Assembly (NCBI GenBank): GCA_030264375.1
Contig: JASCQW010000072.1
Location: forward strand, 55,642,728 to 55,706,727
DNA length: 64,000 nucleotides
DNA from: Carcharhinus longimanus
Lineage: Eukaryota
Direction of reading: 5' to 3'
Under the pieces are notes generated by a model, which saw only the letters and a list, made by a program, of their open reading frames with translations, did not search any database and was not told where the DNA came from. The position numbers were made by a program, and so were the translations under genes. Positions 48,370 to 60,730 of the stretch are shown piece after piece (within the stretch, counting starts at the first letter, position 1; each line of letters begins with the position of its first letter).

Positions 48370-48838
48370 ACCATAGAATCCGTGCAGTGCAGGAGCCATT
48401 CGGCCCATCGAGTCTGCATCAGCTTTCTGAAAGAGCGTGATACCCAGTCCCAAACCCCATCCTATCTCTGCAAGCCTGCACATTTACCATGGCTAATCTG
48501 CCTAACCTGCATATCTTTGGACATTAAAGGACAATTTAGCATAGCCAATCCACCTAATCTACATATCTATGGAAAGAAACCAGAGAACACAAAGGAAACC
48601 TATGCAGATATGGAGAGAATGTGCAAATTCCAGTCACCCAAGGCCAGAATTCAACTCTGGTCCCTAGTGCTGTAATGATGTAGAGATGCCGGCGTTGGAC
48701 TGGGGAAACTTCCACATACCTGACGAAGGAACACCGTTTCCGAAAGCTTACGGGTTTACTATCAAATAAACTGGTTGGACTTTAACCTGGTGTTGTGAGA
48801 TTCCCTAGGGCTGTAAGGCAGCAGTGTTAACCAGTGTT
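48370..48838 (-). mobile_element. HE1-like V-SINE split by a P1 fragment (48676-48805)
   Basis: GGTCCCTAGTGCTGTAA [insert] CCCTAGGGCTGTAAGGCAGCAGTG. Confidence 0.85.
48717..48753 (+). ncRNA. Minimal type I hammerhead ribozyme motif in a Penelope-like fragment
   Basis: CTGACGA (48720-48726)-A-GGAAC-ACC-GTTTCC-GAA-AGCT-T; catalytic boxes and stem II present, stem I imperfect. Confidence 0.6.
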
Positions 48839-49061
48839 AGACAGGAAGATGACTGAAAAACTATTGCATTTCCACTTTCTCAGCGTAAAAGATGTACTAG
48901 AACAGCTCAATCAATGAAACAGTGTGTGAACTACAGCGGGATATCCACTGGCCTTCAATTTGTCCGCACAAAAATTTCTGTCACACAAATACCCCGATTA
49001 GCTGAAACCTACCCTAGAACCAATCAGAGCACTTCTCTTCACTCTAGGCAATAAGGATAGG

Positions 49062-49365
49062 CAGCAGTGTGGTGGTAAGGGTCACTGGACCAATAATCCA
49101 GAGACCCATCATAATGTTCTGGAGACCCAGGTTCAAATCCCACCATGACAGATGGCAAAATTTGTAATTGATAAAACTCTGGAATTGAGATGGTGAGCAA
49201 GGTAAATAGTCCAGATCTAACTGAAATCTGGGCTCAGATCAATAGATTTTGGATCAGTTAGTTAATGGTAGAAGATAGTAGATGGGAATAGAATAGGGTT
49301 CAAGTTGGCCACTAACTGAATAGTAGTGCAGCCTTGAGGGTGTGAATGGCCTCTTCCTGTTCTAA
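49062..49365 (+). mobile_element. SINE-B head followed by a CR1 tail
   Basis: GGTCACTGGACCAATAATCCAGAGACCC...GGTTCAAATCCCACCATG; ATCAATAGATTTTGG...GAATGGCCTCTTCCTG. Confidence 0.75.
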
Positions 49366-50024
49366 TCTCCACCCACACCCACCTCCATTCCTCCACCTGC
49401 ACCCAATACACCATATGGCTTCTGGAGCTGGCCCTTTCCCTTCACCTCAAAACATGTGCAAGTTCCCCAATGAGCAGTGCAAAACAAACGGGCGAAAAAA
49501 CAACATTAATGAGATTTAGTTTTGTTCTTAATTGCAATATGTTTTGCAATGATGCACCTTCAAATGAAGAGCTGCTTCTTTGAGCATTAAACTGCTCCAG
49601 AAAGCTCTGGGGCAATCATTGCACTTCAGTCACCAGGCATTAAAACACTTGAGTGCAGCTACACTGCACCTCAGACAGGATTGTAAAGAATACACTCAGA
49701 TTTTAACAGAGTGCCATTAATAATGTTAAACTGTAAATGTGATTGTGCATTAATGCACTTGACGTCAATAAACCAGGTGTAACTTCAGCTTAGCTTGGTT
49801 GAAATTTTCTTCTTCAGGTTGTCATTCAGAGGAATGAATGGCTGTTATTGTGGGACCTGTGCATATTAATGAGGCTAATTAAATATTTGAATCAACATCA
49901 CGGGCTATTAGCTAATGTTACCTACACTGGAACATTCCTCCTGCAAGCAGGGCTCTGATCTCTATTATAACATCAACAGAGAATATTCAGCCTCTTAGAA
50001 CGCATCAGTGGAGAGGGAGAAAGA

Positions 50025-50140
50025 GGGGCCAGGATTATCTGCCCAGTCGTGGTGGGAGATTAGGCGGTCCAGTCAAAAATCTATTGATTTCCAGCAGGAC
50101 TTGATGATCCCAATGGCGGGTGAAGCTGGAAGATCCTGCC
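50025..50140. mobile_element. Small MITE-like element with GGGC...GCCC ends, possibly PIF/Harbinger
   Basis: GGCCAGGATTATC ... GAAGATCCTGCCC imperfect inverted ends; similar short elements at about 6135-6180, 17714-17850, 33250-33378. Confidence 0.45.
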
Positions 50141-50634
50141 CAGAGTTAATGGCCGGAATCCTCCACCATGGAGTCTACATTTGGTGGATGTAGCAGAAAT
50201 GGGAGTGATTACCGCTGTGAGGGTGGGATGACTGACCACATCGTGAACTTGTGCCATCCAGCTCATCACATGTGCATCCATGAGAAGCTCACTGAATCTT
50301 GCAGCAAGGTCAGGCAAGAAGTCATTGTCCCCTTTGTTACCTTATGGGATTAAAGATCCAGATGCCACATTTAAAGAACACTCGAACAACCTGCACTATT
50401 CCCTCCACCCTTTCCCGCTAACCCCTCCCCCCCCCACCACCCAGTTTCAAGCTGACACTTACTCAGACGTTCCCCAAAGAGGACAATGTGGTGGTAACTC
50501 ACCATTAATCACAGAAGAAGTCTACCTCACCAGAGGCACGCCACTTGCACAAATAGGAACTTAAGTGAACGGGGAATTTAATTCAGATGAGACAGCTTTT
50601 TAAATGCATGCATGAAATGCTAATACATGCAAAG

Positions 50635-50895
50635 CAGCAACAGACGGTGAAATTTGAATTCCATAAAAAAATCTGGAATTAAGAATCTACTGATGACCAT
50701 GAAACCATTGTTGATTGTTGGAAAAAACTCATCTGGTTCACTAATGTCCTTCAGGGAAAGGAAATCTGCCATCCATAGCTGATCTCGCCTACACGTGATT
50801 CCAAAATGTGGTTCGACTCTCAAGTGCTCTCTGAAATAGGGGACAGTTAGGGTGGGCAATAAATGCCAACGCCAATATCCCTAAATTAGTTTGAA
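50635..50895 (+). mobile_element. SINE family B body and tail
   Basis: GGTGAAATTTGAATTC...GACCATGAAACCATTG...GGGCAATAAATGC. Confidence 0.9.
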
Positions 50896-51071
50896 AAAAA
50901 GTAACTTGGTACATGTAAAGAGTTTTGGGTGACCTCAAGTTCAGAGGAGAGAACATGGGAGGCCAGCCAGGGATGTGCTAGAATATGCACGTCAGATTTC
51001 AGCAGCAGCAGAGCTAAGGCAGGACGTAGCTGGACAATGCCTCAGAGGCTGAAATTAGCAGTCTTTGCAAA

Positions 51072-51172
51072 TGATGTGGAGATGCCAGCATTGGACTGGG
51101 ATAAACACAGTAAAATGTCTCACAACACCAGGTTAAAGCCCAACAGGATTATTTGGTAGCACGAGCCACTAG
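51072..51172. mobile_element. Penelope-like P1 fragment
   Basis: TGATGTGGAGATGCCAGCATTGGACTGGG...CACAACACCAGGTTAAAG. Confidence 0.8.
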
Positions 51173-51324
51173 CACACGGGATGCATCAAATCTGGCTCAC
51201 CAAAAACTGGTGGCGTCCGACAAACAAACATTCAATTTTTAAGCAGACCAGGCAAGAAGTTTAAATGGGTGAAAAAAAAGTAGGCTTTGTTTGGGGAATT
51301 GCTGCATTGGCATGTGTCTCTTTA

Positions 51325-51655
51325 TTCATTCATAGAATGTGCGCATCGCTGGCTGGGCCAGCATTTATTGCCCATCCCCAATTGCCCTTGAGGGGGCATT
51401 TAAGAGTCAACCATGTTGGATCTGGAGTCACATGTAGGTCAAGCTAGGAAAGGACAACAGATTTCCTCCCCTAAAGGACACTAGTGAACCAGATGGTTTT
51501 TTTTTTAAAAGGCAATGGTTTTGCGGTCACCATTAGACTTTTGATCAATTCAAATGTCACCATCAGCCGTTTTGGGATTCAAACCTGGGTCACTAGAGCA
51601 TTACACTAGGTTTCTGGAATGCAAGCCCAATGACAATATCACTACGCCACCACCT
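51325..51655 (-). mobile_element. SINE family B, near full length
   Basis: GCCAGCATTTATTGCCCATCC...GGGATTCAAACCTGGG...ATCACTACGCCAC. Confidence 0.9.
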
Positions 51656-53044
51656 CCCCAGTTATCTGCCTGACATTCCGAGTGGTCTGGCCACACTGAC
51701 CCCACCTGAGCTAACTCGGAAAAGCTTTGGGAGCTGCTCCTTGCCTTTCCTTCCTCTTGCTCCAAGTGGTCAGAAATGCAGCAGAAGATTGCTGAACTCA
51801 TCCAGGAAAAAGCAGAACGCAAGGGGGTAGAATATTTAGCCATGGGATCAGGACGTATTCATACTAGAGTATTTGATGCCACTGTGGTCACACAAACCAA
51901 ACTAAATTCAAACATTGCACTTGATTCCCAGAAAACTTTCAAATCCCATTTGTTTTACATCATTTCAGCTTGATTGATCTCTTCTCATTTTAAACAGGAT
52001 GTGCTGATGTAGGGAAGTGGGGGAGCCATGAAGGAATTATTAAACCCAGTGTGAGAAGTGAAATAATATCAGCAGAGACATGGCCATTAACCTGCAATCA
52101 TACCATTTGGCTTTCACGTGCCCCTACTCACCGAATTAAGGAGACGTCTGGATTTCTTCCCCCACCACCCACTCTCTGAACTCCAGCATGTTCCCAGTCC
52201 TAAGACTGCTGGTTTTGAGCCACTATACCTCTCTGCTCGAGCTGTATTGAACTCTCCTCTCGGAGATCAGCTCAAAAATAATTGGAAAAGCAATTTTCCT
52301 TTTGTTAAAAGTTCAATCATTTTGAATAAACAAAATTAATTTTGCCCTTATCCAACAGGAACTATTAGCAGCCGTCAGGGAACTGTTCATATATAGTCAT
52401 TCTGTTCAGTGAGAAAAATGGAACAGAATATTAAGGGCCCCAGGAGCAAATATCTTGTGTATATTTGAGAACTTTTAATACCTTATTGATCTGCATCTCC
52501 TAGCACTTTAAATTGAATCTTTGATTAACAAATAATGACAAGGCAGAATTTACTGCATTTATTTAATTAGTGCAACATTTTGTGTCTTCATTATCAGTTG
52601 TAACTTGGCATTTTTTTCTGGCTGGGGCGAAAAAAGTGCTTGTGAATTTTGCCCACATTTTCTATCAGCAGCATGGACAAAGGGCTGCCTGGTCACAACA
52701 AACAGCCATAACCCCAACATGAGCCATTGGATCGAAGTAAGAGTGCAGTCAATATTGTGTTAAGTGTTGCTCCAAACTGAGTCATTTTACTCAAAGTCCT
52801 TTTACATATTTAAGGGGCTTTGATCCCCTTAGTCTGGATTACATTTAAACTCAGAACCTAAGGAGCTGCAAGTGGAATTCTGAGTCCTATTGTGGCATTA
52901 TAAGATTGTATAAAATGCCAAGGGCTTATGGCCACAAGGGGATAATTTTATCCTCAAACTGTAAATTCTGTACTATTTCATTATGCCTTGATTTTAAAGT
53001 GTGTGCGTGCTCTCACTTTAGTTTGATAAAATTGTAAAACCTGT

Positions 53045-53370
53045 TATGAGGGACATAGATAGGGTAGACAAAAAGTAGAGAGGGGGGTCAGTAACCTGAG
53101 GCATAGATTTAAGGCAAGGGACAGGAGATTTAGAGGCAGTTTGAGGAAAAATATTTTCATCCACAGCGTGGTGGAAATCTGGAACTCACTGCCTGAAAGG
53201 ACAATAGAGGTGGGAACCCTCACCAACATTAAGTATTTCGATGAGCTCTTGAATGCCGTAGCATACAAGGCTACAGACCAAGTGCAGGAATATGGGATGA
53301 GAATAGGTAGGAGCTTGATGGCTGTTGTAGGACATGATGGGCCAAAGAGCCTCTGCTTTCTGCTATAAGA
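53045..53370 (+). mobile_element. CR1-like LINE 3' end
   Basis: RKNIFIHSVVEIWNSLPER...; GATGGGCCAAAGAGCCTC tail. Confidence 0.85.
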
Positions 53371-53929
53371 GCTCTTCAACTCTAATGAGTGCTATATAAA
53401 TGTAGATTGCGTCTGGTGATGAGATGGTGGCGATGAGAGTGACAGAATTTACTCCCAATGAGCTAAAATGGCGTCATGGACAAATCGATAAGGGAGGAGC
53501 TGCAGGAAGAATCAGAACGATCAGGCAAACTGATAAAACTCCGATTACATAACTATTCAAAAGCCACTTCTGAGAAAATGGTCTCAGACGTCTTGTATTA
53601 CATGGAGACCACTCATGATGACGCTGCTACCAGTCTGCCCATTACATGCACAATTGACAAAATGACAATACCCGCTGCCACCCCAGGAAAGTGAATTGAA
53701 ATGATTAGGTTCACAAGCAACGACAAAGAACCTATGTTTTTTGTTAAACTTTTAACAGGTCTGCTTGTCAAAGTTCTACAGCAATCTGTAACTTTGAGGA
53801 GAACTCCAATCTTCCTACTGCTTCAGCAGTTCCTAACTGTGGAGGAGGATTTGCTTGGAGGCAGGGAAATATGGGTACTATTATGGTTAAATAGTCCAAT
53901 CTTGCAGTCACAGACTTTGCCACAGGTAG

Positions 53930-54510
53930 CAGGTGGTGTTTGATGAGGTGACACTCTTCTGCTCTCTCTTTTCACTGTTTACACTTGGCTTTTGTGTGCC
54001 CTACCCAGTGATGCTAGAGGTGATTGTTGCCTTCACAGCTGCTTTTTCTCCAATTTGTACATTCTAAGGCAAGCAATTTCCACGTGTTGATGGGGATGTT
54101 GCACTTAGGGAGGCTTTCAGAGTGTCCTTGTAGCATCTCCTCTGCCCTCCTAGTAATTGCTTGCCATTGCGTAGCTCAGAATAGAGCACTTGTTTCGGAA
54201 CTCTTGTATTGGGCACGTGGACAATCTGACCTACCCATCACAACTGGTCAAGTGTGATCAGTGCCTCAATGCTGGGGGCTTTGGCATGGGAGAGGACACT
54301 CACATTGAAAGCCTTATCCTGCCAGTGGATTTGCAGGATTTTGCAGAGGCAATGTTGGTAATACCTCTCCAGTGATCTCTCCAATGCTATACATTGTCCA
54401 TGTTTCTGATCCATACATGTGTGCAGGCACCATAGTTGTTCTGTAGACTGTGAGCTTGGTGCTGGTTTGATGTCTCAGGTTTTGAATACACTGTCCCTCA
54501 GATGTCCAGT
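53930..54510 (-). mobile_element. RTE-clade LINE RT C-terminal fragment
   Basis: Minus strand reads TKLTVY...YGSETWTM...LERYYQHCLCKILQIHWQD...NV.VLS...PSIEALITL..L.WVG...PKQVLYSELR. Confidence 0.85.
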
Positions 54511-54519
54511 AACATTGTA

Positions 54520-55035
54520 CTAATGGGAGCCAGACAGGGGCATACAGGAAAGACCTGTTTCCCCTAGCTGAGGAATCACTTATCAGGAGCCATAAAGGTT
54601 GGTGGAAGGACTAGAGGGGACATGAGGAAAACACTTTCACCCAGAGTGTGATGGGTATCTGGAATTCACTGCGTACGTATGTGGTTGAGGCTGAAATGCT
54701 CAACTTATTTAAAAAGGTACTGGGATCTGTGTCTAAGTGCTGGAAACTGCAAGGCTACAGACCAAGTGCTGGGAAGTCAGGGTTAAGATTTATTTCCCTT
54801 TTTTGGCTGGCAAAGACACAATGGACTATCTTTGCACCGTAACCTTTCTATGGTTCTACAGGAACAATGGAACTCTCAAAGTCAAAGGTTGATAAATTTT
54901 TGTCACATGAATGTATCAAAGGATTTGTAGCAAGCCTGACTAAATGGAGTTGAGGTGCAGAGCAGCCATGATCTAACCGGATGACAGAACAGGCTACAGG
55001 GGCTGATGGCCTTCTTCTGCTCTTGCGTTCCTCCA
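54520..55035 (+). mobile_element. Two adjacent CR1-like LINE tails
   Basis: CACCCAGAGTGTGATGGGTATCTGGAATTCACTG; CAGCCATGATCT...GATGGCCTTCTTCTGCTC. Confidence 0.8.
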
Positions 55036-55291
55036 ATAATATCAGGATTCAAGAACCAATGAGGTACTTGATGCTGAGAAATGTTGAACAAAATCTGAGA
55101 ATCTGGTTGCAGTGAAAAGTGTGGCAGTTTCTGAGAGGAAATTGTGCGAGTGCTGATTGAGCTTGGAAGCCTATTGCTTGAATTCAGTTGCTTGATGTGG
55201 AAGTGTTAATTTCAAGGCATTAATATTGCCATCGTTTAAGGGCGCAAGACATGGATGGAAAGGGAGAAACTATTACTGTATTAATGGATAC

Positions 55292-55465
55292 AAAGAACTT
55301 GCATTTATGATGGCAGTCCATCACTTCCTCAGCCTAAAGCATTTTTCATCGAGTGAATCATTATTGACGTGTGGTCAATGTTGCAACATAGCAAACACTG
55401 AAGCCACTTTGCACACAACCAGATCTCACAAGCAGCAGTGCGATGAATGACCAGATAATCAGTCT
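55292..55465 (-). mobile_element. DeuSINE 3' fragment
   Basis: AAGAACTTGCATTTAT...TTTGCACACAACCAGATCTCACAA...ATGACCAGATAATC. Confidence 0.75.
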
Positions 55466-55699
55466 GTTTGAGGAACGCATCAACCTGAATGCTGGAAGAT
55501 TTTTCACCTAAAGATGCCTCAAATCCATACCATCATAGATGAGGCATTAAAGTGGGGCTCTGCCTAAAAGAAAGCCAATCTGACAAAGCCTTTGCCTTGG
55601 TGGATTTGTGCTGTTGAGAATCTGGTACATGACAAAAAAGACATAAGCCACATACCATATTATTGGGCTATCCAACGGTTTTCACCCACATTCTACCCT

Positions 55700-56079
55700 C
55701 CTCAAAGGTGAGCTCATCTAAAATTCTGCTGCCCATGTCCTAACTCACAACCAACTCCCCCCATCACCCCTGCGCTTGTTAAGTTTACACTGGCTTCCGG
55801 TCTGGCAATACTGCAATTTTAAAATTACATCCTATTCGAATCCCTCCTTGGCCCTGCCCTACCTCTGTAATCTTCTCAAGCCCCACAGCCCTCTGAGTTA
55901 CCCATTCTCTTCCAATTCTGGCCTCATGATTTCCATCACGCCAGCACCAGACGCTGTGTCTTCATCAGCCTGGGCTCCAGCTCTGGAGTCTCCTTCCTAA
56001 ATCTCTTTGCCTCTCTACCTTCCTTTAAGGCTTTCCCCAAAATCTACCTCTTTGACCAATGTTTGGTGCGCTGTCCTTG
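55700..56079 (+). mobile_element. L2-like LINE 3' fragment
   Basis: LHWLPV motif; TACCTCTTTGACCAA. Confidence 0.8.
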
Positions 56080-56404
56080 NNNNNNNNNNTAAAAACCACC
56101 CCTGTTAAAGGGATATTTTAAGGACAAATGCAAACTGTTATCACACTAATAGGTTCATTCACAAAGGCTGTTACACAAATACGGAATAGCACTTGTCATA
56201 ATATAGTCCCATGTGGATTAGAGTGTCAACGGTATAGGTTGCAGAGCTAGAAGGAGGAAGGGCAATAGAAGCACTTAATTATGAGGTTAAGGTGTAAATT
56301 GGAAGGGTTGTGGAACCAATAGAAATCACTGTGAATGGGGTTCCTGGGTGTTTGGGATACAGCGGTAGAGGCATCCGTATTGTAGCTGCAACACCCAACT
56401 GCAA

Positions 56405-56520
56405 AGACAAAATGCTGGAGAATCTCAGTATGTCTGACAGCATCTGTGGAGAGGGAACAGAGCTAATGTTTCAAGTCTGGATGACAAAGATTACAGTATC
56501 TGCAGTAATTTGTTTTTAGC
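56405..56520. mobile_element. Penelope-like P2 fragment
   Basis: AAAATGCTGGAGAATCTCAG...CAGCATCTGTGGAGAGGGAACAGAGCTAATGTTTCA. Confidence 0.65.
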
Positions 56521-57534
56521 ATATTGCCAAGTCCCTTTTGATTCACTGCACATGACATCACGAGATAGGGTAATTGGGAAAATCCAGTGTCTCTCCACCC
56601 CCCTCCCCCATCATGCAGAGAAAGCTCGCGAGGTCATGATGCTGCAGGTAATTGTACTTTTGTTGTCTGTTGAGCACAGTACCAGCATTAATGCCATAGA
56701 CAATGGAGACTTCATTCGCCCAAGCCACAGTACAGCAGGAGAACCTCACTCCCCAATAGTACGGCAGTGGCCTTGTGGTCAAGATTAGAATGGGCAGCCA
56801 GGGCAACATTCAATATGCTTGGAGGACACAATGGAGCCACAATAATGGGGAGTGTGCAAGTTCCCGTGTCCTCTGAAAACACTTGATCCCCTGATCAATA
56901 TCAGATTTGAATTTCTGTAGAGCACACAATTAAATGCACTGGGAGAATTCGCAATGATGAACAACCCCAACATGGCCCCTGAAGAAAATTATCTTTATCT
57001 TCCCCAGTGTTTCTAAGTTCTGTTTGTGAGAGGCAGAAAGAGGGCAATTGATCTATTTTTGTTTCAGCTCTTTAATCCACCGCCCTTTACACGTGTCTAC
57101 TTTTACATACCGCTTCACAGATACTAGAATTGACTGGATTAAATATTTAAGGAAAAATGTATTTATTAAAATCCACCTACTTCTGAAAGCACTGTTCCAT
57201 CAAGTGATTCATAATATGCTGCATTCAAATTTAAATTCATCTTCCTGGATAAACCTACTGTTTCAACTTAAAGATTCCATACGCTGTCTCTTTAATGTGT
57301 CAGCGCGTTTCAATTTGTGAAGTAAAATGAAAATAGGTCAATATCCGAACGAGCCCACCAGGAGCAGAAGTTCTTCGCTTGCTGTTATTAAATTTTTTGC
57401 ATGTATTGCTTTTTTCTTGCTGTTAACTATGTAAATACAGCTGATGCGTTAAAGAGGGTGTACATGTGTGAGCTACCCGGTGGTTTAGTAAGAACAGAGC
57501 TCCCAGCTCCATTCGCCGTGATTGCTGCAGGAAT

Positions 57535-57845
57535 CAGTTGCCAACTGTGGTGCAACTGTATTCTTGGAGGTTTTGTCACATGATCACCTGCTCCCCGACA
57601 CCCCCTTCCTCTCAGCAGACCAAGTGAAAAGCAAACAGATTCTTGTCACCCAGTTGAAAAGACCTTGACTATCGAAGAACCTTTCTTTCAAAACTGAAAA
57701 TCCACATTTTCACATCTCAACAAAAGTGTTTGAAAGAAAACAGGAAACTATAAGTTTTTTTTTGTTAATGCTCAGGTAGCTCACAACAGTCCCTCAGAGA
57801 TTAAGATTGTGTTCCCGGAGACTCCTGGGGAGTTGGCGACCCGAT
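57535..57845 (-). mobile_element. Second copy of the TAGGGTTGCCAAC DNA element
   Basis: GTTGCCAACTGTGG...TGTATTCTTGGAG and GGAGACTCC...GAGTTGGCGACCC align to the reverse complement of 18139-18493. Confidence 0.6.
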
Positions 57846-58899
57846 GGTGGTGGTTCACTAGTCGGGCCAAGTAGCTCTGGACTAGATAAGAGTGCCAGGA
57901 TGTGACTGGCTGATCACTAGAGTGACATCTGCTGGAGACTGCATGTACTGAACATGGAAAGAAAGGCCATCCATCTTTACCTTTAACCAAGAGGTATTCT
58001 TTCACTCGTTACCACCTGTCAAAGGGGCTTGCAGCGAGCACTGGGGATCTGTTGCACAAATGTATTCGCAGTGTTTATTCCCTTGGGCATCCTTTCATCA
58101 TTTTCCCCAAAGAATTGAAATGTCCCTTTATCTGCACTAGTTAATTCCTGTCTAATAACTGAACCAGTAAATAAACTGAAGTGGATCCATGATGGTAGGC
58201 CACACAGACACGTTATTCAAAACGTGCAAAGCAAGGAGTTCAAAACAGGGAGAGAAATTTCACAGTGATTTGGCTTCAGATCTTCCTTGTGGAATTTCTA
58301 CAACTCCTCGCTACTTTCCGCTGAGCTGCCATCCTTGCAAGTGGCAACTTTTCAGCCTCAAAGAGGAACTCCAGAAATGGACATTTGGCCCAATGTTTCT
58401 GACAGCACACAAGCCTCCTCTCACCCTAATTACCTCAATGTGTCCCTCCTGTTACTTCCTTCGCCCTAACGCTACATTAAGTCACCCCTTAAGCACACTA
58501 ACGGTGTCTGCTTCTCCACTCCATGTGGCAGCAAGTTTAACATTCTCAACACAGGGCGAGAAATTCTTTTGTTTGATCTGCTTTTGTATAGTTATACAGC
58601 CTTTTTCTGCTCTCACCCACAGATGAAAACTATTTCTCCACATCCACCCCACTGAACCTCTTTGTAATTTTTAAGACCTTCTATTAATCAATATACTCAC
58701 ATCATACCCCCAACCCCACACAGTCACTACCAGCTTGGCTGAGTGGCTCACAAGCTCATCTTTTGATCAGACATTTGTGAGTCCAAGACCTACACTAGGG
58801 CCGAGGTCCCATCCACTCTCCATGAACGGTAGGGAGTTCACGCACTGTAATGGCCAACATTCCTCCCTCAATCTATAGTAAAACACATTGAATGGGTCA

Positions 58900-59670
58900 C
58901 AGTGGAAGCCTTGGGGAAGGTTTCAGAGGGACTGGCATGATACCAGGAACCATGTACTTTAGGTTTTGGACAGACTGGAAAATCATAGAATCACATTACT
59001 GCTACAGTGCAAAGGCCACCATTTGGCCCATGGAATCTGCACCAACTCTCCAAAAGCACCCACTCCATCCCCCTAACCCAACACATTTACCCCATTAATC
59101 TCCCTAACCTACACATCTTAGGACACTAAGGGACAATTTAGCATGGCCAGTCCACCTGAACTGCACATCTCTGGACTGTGGGAGGAAACCCGAGCACCTG
59201 GAGGAAACCCATTCAGACACTGGAAGAACATGCAAATTCCACACTCATCCGAGGCTAGAATCAAACCCAAATTCCTGGCACTCTGAAGCAGCAGTGCTAA
59301 CCCATGTGCCATCATTGTTCCTCCGCAAGAACAGGAGGTGAAGCAATGTTTTAATAGAGATGTTCAAAATTATGAAGGGTTTTGATATCATAGATTGGAG
59401 TCAGGGGGATAGGGGACGGAAACCATAGCCAGTGGGAGAAGTAACATTAACCGGGGACACAGACTGAAGGCAAAAGAATCAGACAGCTGTGATGTGGAAA
59501 TTGTGGTGGAAGCAGATTCAGTTGTAATGCTCAAAAAGGGAGTTGGGTGTATTCTTGAGAAGGACAAGTGACATGGGAGAAGGAGTAGAGGGTGGTACTA
59601 ACTAGATAACTCTTTCAAAGAGCTGGCACAGTCATGACAGGCTGAATGGCCTACTTCAAGTAGTATGATT
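58900..59670 (+). mobile_element. CR1-like LINE 3' end split by an HE1-like V-SINE (minus, 58985-59315)
   Basis: TAATAGAGATGTTCAAAATTATGAAGGG; GGACTGTGGGAGGAAACCCGAGCACC. Confidence 0.8.
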
Positions 59671-59909
59671 ATCCATCTCACTGCTGTTCGCCCAAAGCAA
59701 TGGGCTGCCCCATTCAGCTAGATGACCAGCACCATATCTGAAAAGTAATTATGTATTTTGAGGCAACAGCAAAATAGTAGGATATGATACTGGGCGTTCT
59801 CTATGTGACAGTGATCGTTGTGCTGACGATAGATACCTAAGCAAAGGGAAGCAAGCACAGTGTTTGATACAGATGAGGTAATCTGATCTGCTGGAGGTCA
59901 ACACCAACA

Positions 59910-60170
59910 ACAAGCTGCATTTATATGGCACCCTGAATGTAACTAAACCTCAAGGTGTTTTTCAGTAATGTTTTCTGACAAATATGACACCAAGAGCATC
60001 GACATATATTAAGACAGATGATCGAAAGGTGCCAGTGTTTAGAAATATCTTTTTTAGGGTAGAGATCTTGGAGGTTGGGGGGCTGAAGGAAGTTAGAGGT
60101 AAAGGGAAGGGAAAGACCATGGAGGAATTTAAAAACAAGGATGAGATTTTTTAAAATGGAAGAACGGCCT
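59910..60170 (-). mobile_element. L2-like LINE 3' fragment
   Basis: LKNLILVFKFLHGLS; CAACAACAAGCTGCATTTATATGGCACC tail. Confidence 0.75.
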
Positions 60171-60237
60171 GGTGTCTCCAGGGATTGATAATCTGTTTTC
60201 AGTGCGTGACACTGGACAAAAATCATTTGAAAAATTT

Positions 60238-60730
60238 ATAGAATCATACAGCGCAGAAAAGGCCCTTTGGCCCATTGAGCTCACACTGACAATCTCCCCA
60301 TGGCTGCGTGGGTTTCCTCCAGGTGCTCCAGTTTCCTCCCACAGTCCAAAGATGCATGGCCATGCTAAATTACCCCTTAGTGTCGCAAGATATGTCGGTT
60401 AGGGGAATTGTGGAGTTACAGGCCTGGATAAGATGAAAAACCTGGGTTGGTGCAGATTCGATGGGTTGAACGGCCTCTTTTAAAGTTTATTTATTAGTCA
60501 CAAGTAAGGCTTATATTATCACTGCAATGAAGTTATTGTAAATTTCCCCCAGTTGCCACATTCCAGCCCGTTCGGGTCAATGCACCTAACCAGCATGTCT
60601 TTCAGACTTGTGGGAGGAAACCGGGGTACCTGAAGGAAACCCCAGCAGATACGGGGAAAACGTGCAAACTCTAGATAGACAGTGACCCCAGCCGGGAATT
60701 GAACCCGGGTCATGCTGCCCCACTCTGCAA
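60238..60730. mobile_element. V-SINE cluster: plus-strand HE1-like part (60295-60480) and minus-strand alternative-tail copy (60481-60730)
   Basis: GGGTTTCCTCCAGGTGCTCC...; TTTATTTATTAGTCACAAGTAAGGCTT...GGGAATTGAACCCGGGTC. Confidence 0.85.
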
